Assembly: GCA_014377675.1 (NCBI GenBank)
Contig: JACMPD010000258.1
Location: 751-64,750 of the forward strand
Origin: Taibaiella sp.
GTDB taxonomy: Bacteria > Bacteroidota > Bacteroidia > Chitinophagales > Chitinophagaceae
Direction: 5' to 3'
Length of the DNA: 64,000 nt
The notes beneath the pieces are model-generated. The model saw only the letters and a program-made list of their open reading frames with translations, was not told the DNA's origin and made no database searches. Of this stretch, positions 59,457 through 64,000 are shown one piece after another (position 1 is the stretch's first letter; every line of letters begins with the position of its first letter). The translations under genes were made by a program, and so were the position numbers.

Positions 59457-60299
59457 GTGAAATTGTACAGGGTCATCATTCACTTTATTTTCTTTAACGC
59501 CGTTTTTGCCGCATGCTGCGCAACCGGGCTGTGCATGGCTACAGAACGGCTGATAACAGGCACAATATCCACTGTGCCTTCATACCTCCATATGTTGATT
59601 TTCGGGTGTACGCTGGTGGTGTACAACCTGCATCATGTGGTCAGAAAGTTGCCTGCCTCGTTCAGCGGCACTGCCGCCATTACAAATGATAACTGGCTGG
59701 CTTATGCACTGGCGCTTACCGGCGGGCTTATTATAGCGCTTACCGGGCTTCTGCATTCGCCATGGGTGGTTATTGTTGTTTGCGGGTGTGCGGGTCTGTT
59801 CTCTCTTTCCTATACATTGCCGCTGTTGCCCCTCAAAACCAGAAAGCGCCTGCGCGATTACGGGTTGCTGAAGATAATTGTGCTCACCACCGTGTGGGTG
59901 GTTGTCACCACCGTATTGCCTATGTTGCAGTTTGGCGTTAATCCGGCAAGGTATCCCTTTGAAATCGGGCTCCGGTTTGCGCTTATTTTCGCCCTGTGTA
60001 TCTTGTTTGATCTCAGGGATGTGAGCCACGATGCGGCCAATAACATACATACCCTGCCTTATACAATAGGGGAGCGCAACAGCTACCTGCTTATCTACCT
60101 GTCCATTATCTTCTTTGCATTACTCAGCGTGGGGCAGAACATGCGCTACCACCACGGGCAAAGGTTGATTGATGCACTCATTACCGCTGTGGCCACGCTG
60201 GTAGTGGCACTCTACCTGAAAAAAAATACCACTCAGCTCGCCTGCCTTGTGCTGGCTGATGGTATGATGCTGCTGTATAGCCTGTTGCTGATTTTTTAA
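59457..60299 (+). CDS. UbiA prenyltransferase-like membrane protein
   Basis: Multi-TM; 'LRDYGLLK', 'FDLRDVSHD...IHTLP' Asp-rich motif; TACCTTTG -7 element at 59445-59452. Confidence 0.72.
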   Translation: MKLYRVIIHFIFFNAVFAACCATGLCMATERLITGTISTVPSYLHMLIFGCTLVVYNLHHVVRKLPASFSGTAAITNDNWLAYALALTGGLIIALTGLLHSPWVVIVVCGCAGLFSLSYTLPLLPLKTRKRLRDYGLLKIIVLTTVWVVVTTVLPMLQFGVNPARYPFEIGLRFALIFALCILFDLRDVSHDAANNIHTLPYTIGERNSYLLIYLSIIFFALLSVGQNMRYHHGQRLIDALITAVATLVVALYLKKNTTQLACLVLADGMMLLYSLLLIF

Positions 60300-60325
60300 G
60301 CAAGAGGTGTCGCGCCGTCGCATAC

Positions 60326-60928
60326 TTATATTAATGCCAGCAACATTTGTATCAGCCCGATGAGCAGACCAAAGAAGCCGCCTATCAACTCTATAAAGCG
60401 GAATTCCTTTTTCATTACCGCCAGCAATATCTCTTCCAGTTTGTCTGATGAAAAATTCTTCACTTTGTCGGTAACTATTTTTTCAATATTTATTTTATTG
60501 GAAAGGTTATCGGCATACTGTGCTATTACTTCCGGCAGCATTACGTTAATTTCTTCAATCAGGCTTTCTTTTATTTTCACCATGGTTCCCTGCCCCATAA
60601 ACATGGAGATAACGGGCAGCTTGTCTTTAAGCTTTTCATTAAGGAATATATCTATGTGTTTTTCAATGCCGGGCATCACCAGCGCAAGCGCCTCCGGGTC
60701 TTTTATCTGCCCAACTATTTCGTCGAAATGCAGGAGTTCCTTGCCTACCACACCACCCAGCTTCGCAGCGAATACCTGCTGCCTTTTAGGGAAAATGCCC
60801 TGCAGAGTCATGCCTAATATTTTTACTGGTTTACGGGGGTGGAACAGCATATAAAACGCTATCCATGTGGTGAACCACCCTGTAAAAGCTGCGGTTAAGG
60901 GCTGCAGCCAAAACATTATTTCATTCAT
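60326..60928 (-). CDS. DUF445 family protein
   Basis: GWFTTWIA..MLFHP, QGIFPKRQ, KEFRFIELIGGFFG. Confidence 0.88.
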   Translation of the reverse strand: MNEIMFWLQPLTAAFTGWFTTWIAFYMLFHPRKPVKILGMTLQGIFPKRQQVFAAKLGGVVGKELLHFDEIVGQIKDPEALALVMPGIEKHIDIFLNEKLKDKLPVISMFMGQGTMVKIKESLIEEINVMLPEVIAQYADNLSNKINIEKIVTDKVKNFSSDKLEEILLAVMKKEFRFIELIGGFFGLLIGLIQMLLALI

Positions 60929-60975
60929 AATTTTCTTAAAAGTAGGAAAAAAGCCGCAATTGAACAGCACCAATA

Positions 60976-61425
60976 TTAGTCAACAAATTTTCTATGGTCA
61001 TAAAGCAATACATAGGTAAGCAAGTAGTCGCTGTCCCAGCTCTGCTTTATTTTCACCCAGGTACGGTTATTGGCAAGGCGTTGCTCTGTTACCGGCCTGG
61101 TTATATCCAATACATCGGTTTTGCCGGTGCCATCTTCTACTATGGTGAGCGTCTGCCACCGGTTGGTGGCGTCTCCGCCCTCGCGCTTCATCTGCTTATT
61201 ATTGTACATGTCATAGCCATACTTTGTTTTGTACAAGCTTACGGTTTTCCAATACCCGAGGCTTACATCATCAAGTTGCCGAGTTATCTGCTGCCCCTCT
61301 TTATTTAAGCCCGTAGCGGTCACGTGATATTTTTTTGCACTGTTACTTTTCAACCGCAGCGACTGGGCACCCGCAACACCTGGTAAAAACTGTGCGGCCA
61401 AAAGCACTAATAATATTCTACGCAT
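60976..61425 (-). CDS. hypothetical exported protein
   Basis: 149-aa ORF with signal peptide (..VAGAQ). Confidence 0.7.
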   Translation of the reverse strand: MRRILLVLLAAQFLPGVAGAQSLRLKSNSAKKYHVTATGLNKEGQQITRQLDDVSLGYWKTVSLYKTKYGYDMYNNKQMKREGGDATNRWQTLTIVEDGTGKTDVLDITRPVTEQRLANNRTWVKIKQSWDSDYLLTYVLLYDHRKFVD

Positions 61426-61496
61426 ATTTAATTTGATCTTTTATAACGCAATAAACCGTAAATATAATGCAACCGGAATTTATTAGGCGCACGATT

Positions 61497-63143
61497 TTAC
61501 TCGGTAATTTCCGTTATTGGCACTCCTACACAGCCGTTAGGCATCTGTATGTGCAGCATGGCAGCCAGGGTGGCGCTTATATCGGTCATATTTACCTGTC
61601 TGTGGGTCTCGCCTTTTGGTGCATTCCACCCATACCACAACAGCGGTATGTGGGTATCGTAAGGGTTCCAGGTACCGTGGGTGGTGCCGGTGGTGGCATA
61701 CCCTTCATACCAGCCCGGTGCGGGTATCACCTGTATGCAGCCGCTGCGGGTGCGGCTGTAGCCATTGACAATCATGGTTTTAATAGGTTCCGGTATCGAA
61801 TTGCGTTCCGGGTGTTCCATATCAGCTATAAAGCTGATTTCCGCTTTTTTGCTGAACCAGTCCTTTACAGCGTCCTTTATTTTTTCTCTCTCTGCGTGCG
61901 CTCCACTAATAATGGAGTCATTAAGATAAACCTGGTAGTTAAAAAACTGCGATACGGGGCTAATGCCAAACTTTGCGTTTAGCGCAGCGTTAAGGTCGTT
62001 TTTTATTGTATTGGGCATAAAGCCGGCATTCATGCCGGAGTCAATCAAAAACTGGGGGTTGTGCGCCGCACCGTGGTCAGCGGTAAGGAAAAACAGGTAG
62101 TTGCCCTTGCCTTCCACCTCGTCAAGATAGTCAAGAAAGTCGCCCAACTCTTTGTCCAGCTTTATATACATGTCCTCCACCTCTAATGAGTTGGGGGAAA
62201 ACTGGTGGCCGGCATAGTCAGTGCTGGAGAGGCTCACGCATAAAAAATCTGTCGCATCGCCTTCTCCCAGCCGCTCACCGTCGCGGCAAGCTTTGGCTAT
62301 CTGCAGGGTGAGTGTGTTGCCGGCAGGGTAGCGTTCAAATGTTTCGTACAGTTCACTGCCCTTCAGCGTTTTAATGCTGTGCGGAAATACAGGCGCGGTC
62401 TCGCCTTTCAGGCTGCCTTCATATTTGTTGTTGTCAGCCAGGCTTTGCGTATATATTTTTTTTGAAGGGTCAAGCAAAGTCCAGTCAAGGGCTATAAGGC
62501 TATCGGCTACATGTCGGCCGTTAAATGTTTTAAGCCAGTCTGGTGAAGGTTTTTTGTAATAGGTGCTGCTGCAAAAGTTGCCGGTGCTTTGGTCAAGCCA
62601 GTAAGCGCCATTGGCCAGGTGGCCTGCGGGCAATATGCTGCCCCTGTCTTTGAGTGCCACACCGAACACCCTGCTTTTAAAGTTGGTGGCCAGCCTAAGT
62701 TCATCGGTAATAGTGGAGACAAGCAGGTTTTTAGGGCTCATAGGTTTTTTCAGCGTACTGCCTTCACTCACCAGTTCCACGCTGTTGTCTTCGGTACAGT
62801 ACACTTTACGGTCTGGCTTGCCTGAAAAATTGTCAAACCAGTCATTGGCGGCTATGCCATGTATGGCGGGTACCGAACCAGTATACACACAGGTGTGGCC
62901 CGGCGCTGTAAAAGACGGCAGGTAATTGATCATGGTATTCTGGCAGTTAAAGCCATCACGCATCAGGCGTTTAAAGCCCCTGCTGCCATAGCTGCTGCTG
63001 TAGCGGTACAGGTAGTCCCACCGCATTTGGTCTATCACCACGCCTACAACCAGCTTCGGTCGGTTGGGCGGGGCGTTTTTTTTACCAATAGCGTTAGAAA
63101 AAATTATACATAATAAGATGGAAGTCAAAAATAAGCGCCGCAT
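61497..63143 (-). CDS. pafA: alkaline phosphatase PafA family
   Basis: PKLVVGVVIDQMRWDYL, TAPGH (Thr nucleophile), KDRG, DYAGH, TADHG, THG. Confidence 0.92.
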   Translation of the reverse strand: MRRLFLTSILLCIIFSNAIGKKNAPPNRPKLVVGVVIDQMRWDYLYRYSSSYGSRGFKRLMRDGFNCQNTMINYLPSFTAPGHTCVYTGSVPAIHGIAANDWFDNFSGKPDRKVYCTEDNSVELVSEGSTLKKPMSPKNLLVSTITDELRLATNFKSRVFGVALKDRGSILPAGHLANGAYWLDQSTGNFCSSTYYKKPSPDWLKTFNGRHVADSLIALDWTLLDPSKKIYTQSLADNNKYEGSLKGETAPVFPHSIKTLKGSELYETFERYPAGNTLTLQIAKACRDGERLGEGDATDFLCVSLSSTDYAGHQFSPNSLEVEDMYIKLDKELGDFLDYLDEVEGKGNYLFFLTADHGAAHNPQFLIDSGMNAGFMPNTIKNDLNAALNAKFGISPVSQFFNYQVYLNDSIISGAHAEREKIKDAVKDWFSKKAEISFIADMEHPERNSIPEPIKTMIVNGYSRTRSGCIQVIPAPGWYEGYATTGTTHGTWNPYDTHIPLLWYGWNAPKGETHRQVNMTDISATLAAMLHIQMPNGCVGVPITEITE

Positions 63144-63302
63144 AAATGTTGTATTTTTGCAAAAGTGCGACTAATATAAGACATAAACGGTTATATTTTC
63201 ATTAATTTCGCACCTGCAAATGTTGTAAATATTTTTTACTTTAGTCTGGAAATAACAAAATCAGGATTAAGGTATTCTCATTTTTAATCTTTGATAAGTA
63301 AT

Positions 63303-64000
63303 ATGGATATTTTTGCCAAATTTGAGAATAGGCTGGGCCCTATAGGGGATTATGCTGAAAAAGCGCCTAATTATTTCGCATTCCCGAAACTGGAAGGTGA
63401 GATAGGAAACCGGATGAAATTCCGCGGTAAAGAAAAGATTGTGTGGAGCCTTAACAACTACCTCGGGCTGGCCAACCACCCCGAAGTGAGAAAGGCAGAT
63501 GCGGAAGCGGCCGCCAAACACGGTCTCGCATCGCCTATGGGCGCGCGCATGATGAGCGGCAACTCTGACAACCACCTGAAACTGGAGAAAGAGCTTGCGG
63601 AATTTGTAGATAAGGAAGACGCCATGTTATTCAACTTTGGCTATCAGGGTATGGTATCTGCTATCGATTCACTTTGTGGCAGGCATGATGTGGTGGTTTA
63701 TGATGGCGAATCTCATGCGTGTATCATTGACGGCCTTCGCTTGATACAAAGTCACAGGTATGTATATAAACATAATGACATAGCTGATTGCGATAAGCAG
63801 CTTGCCCGCGCTACCGAAATGGTTAAAAAGACCGGCGGCGGCATACTGGTAATTACCGAAGGTGTTTTCGGTATGAGCGGCAATCAAGGTAAGATAAGGG
63901 AGATAGCTACCCTTAGGGAAAAATATGAATTCCGCCTTTTTGTTGACGATGCGCATGGCTTTGGCACAATGGGTAAAAACGGTGCAGGTATAGGTGAAGA
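63303..64000 (+). CDS. PLP-dependent alpha-oxoamine synthase family (BioF/KBL/SPT-like); 3'-truncated by window edge
   Basis: Translated by hand: MDIFAKF...SLNNYLGLA...GARMMSG...SHACIIDG...YKHND...EGVFGMSG...VDDAHG; open to the window end. Confidence 0.9.
   Translation, partial: MDIFAKFENRLGPIGDYAEKAPNYFAFPKLEGEIGNRMKFRGKEKIVWSLNNYLGLANHPEVRKADAEAAAKHGLASPMGARMMSGNSDNHLKLEKELAEFVDKEDAMLFNFGYQGMVSAIDSLCGRHDVVVYDGESHACIIDGLRLIQSHRYVYKHNDIADCDKQLARATEMVKKTGGGILVITEGVFGMSGNQGKIREIATLREKYEFRLFVDDAHGFGTMGKNGAGIGE

Overview
A gene-dense chromosomal segment from a Bacteroidota organism, probably Chitinophagaceae-like (inferred from T9SS C-terminal domains, TAnnTTTG -7 promoter motifs and gene content). 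It carries housekeeping genes (dxr, rseP, clpP, degP, bioD, holA, pafA, a SWIM-SNF2 helicase), five large T9SS cargo proteins (four of them rich in Ig-like repeats), an exosortase with a partner gene, and a TetR-regulated MacAB-TolC-type exporter. The most notable locus is 25168-32427. There a ThiF-nitroreductase fusion (Rv1355c/OxzB-like) and a GNAT-like putative N-acyltransferase are translationally coupled to a 7TM-DISM sensor kinase and flanked by receiver proteins. This looks like a signal synthase plus cognate receptor, i.e. a candidate acyl-oxazolone or N-acyl amino acid autoinducer system. A second candidate is an AT-rich ABC-type ATPase plus PD-(D/E)xK-like nuclease cassette (39265-40891), possibly anti-phage, whose ATPase is broken at two homopolymer sites. 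No tRNA, rRNA, CRISPR array or transposase was recognised. Family assignments come from motif recognition by eye, not from database searches.
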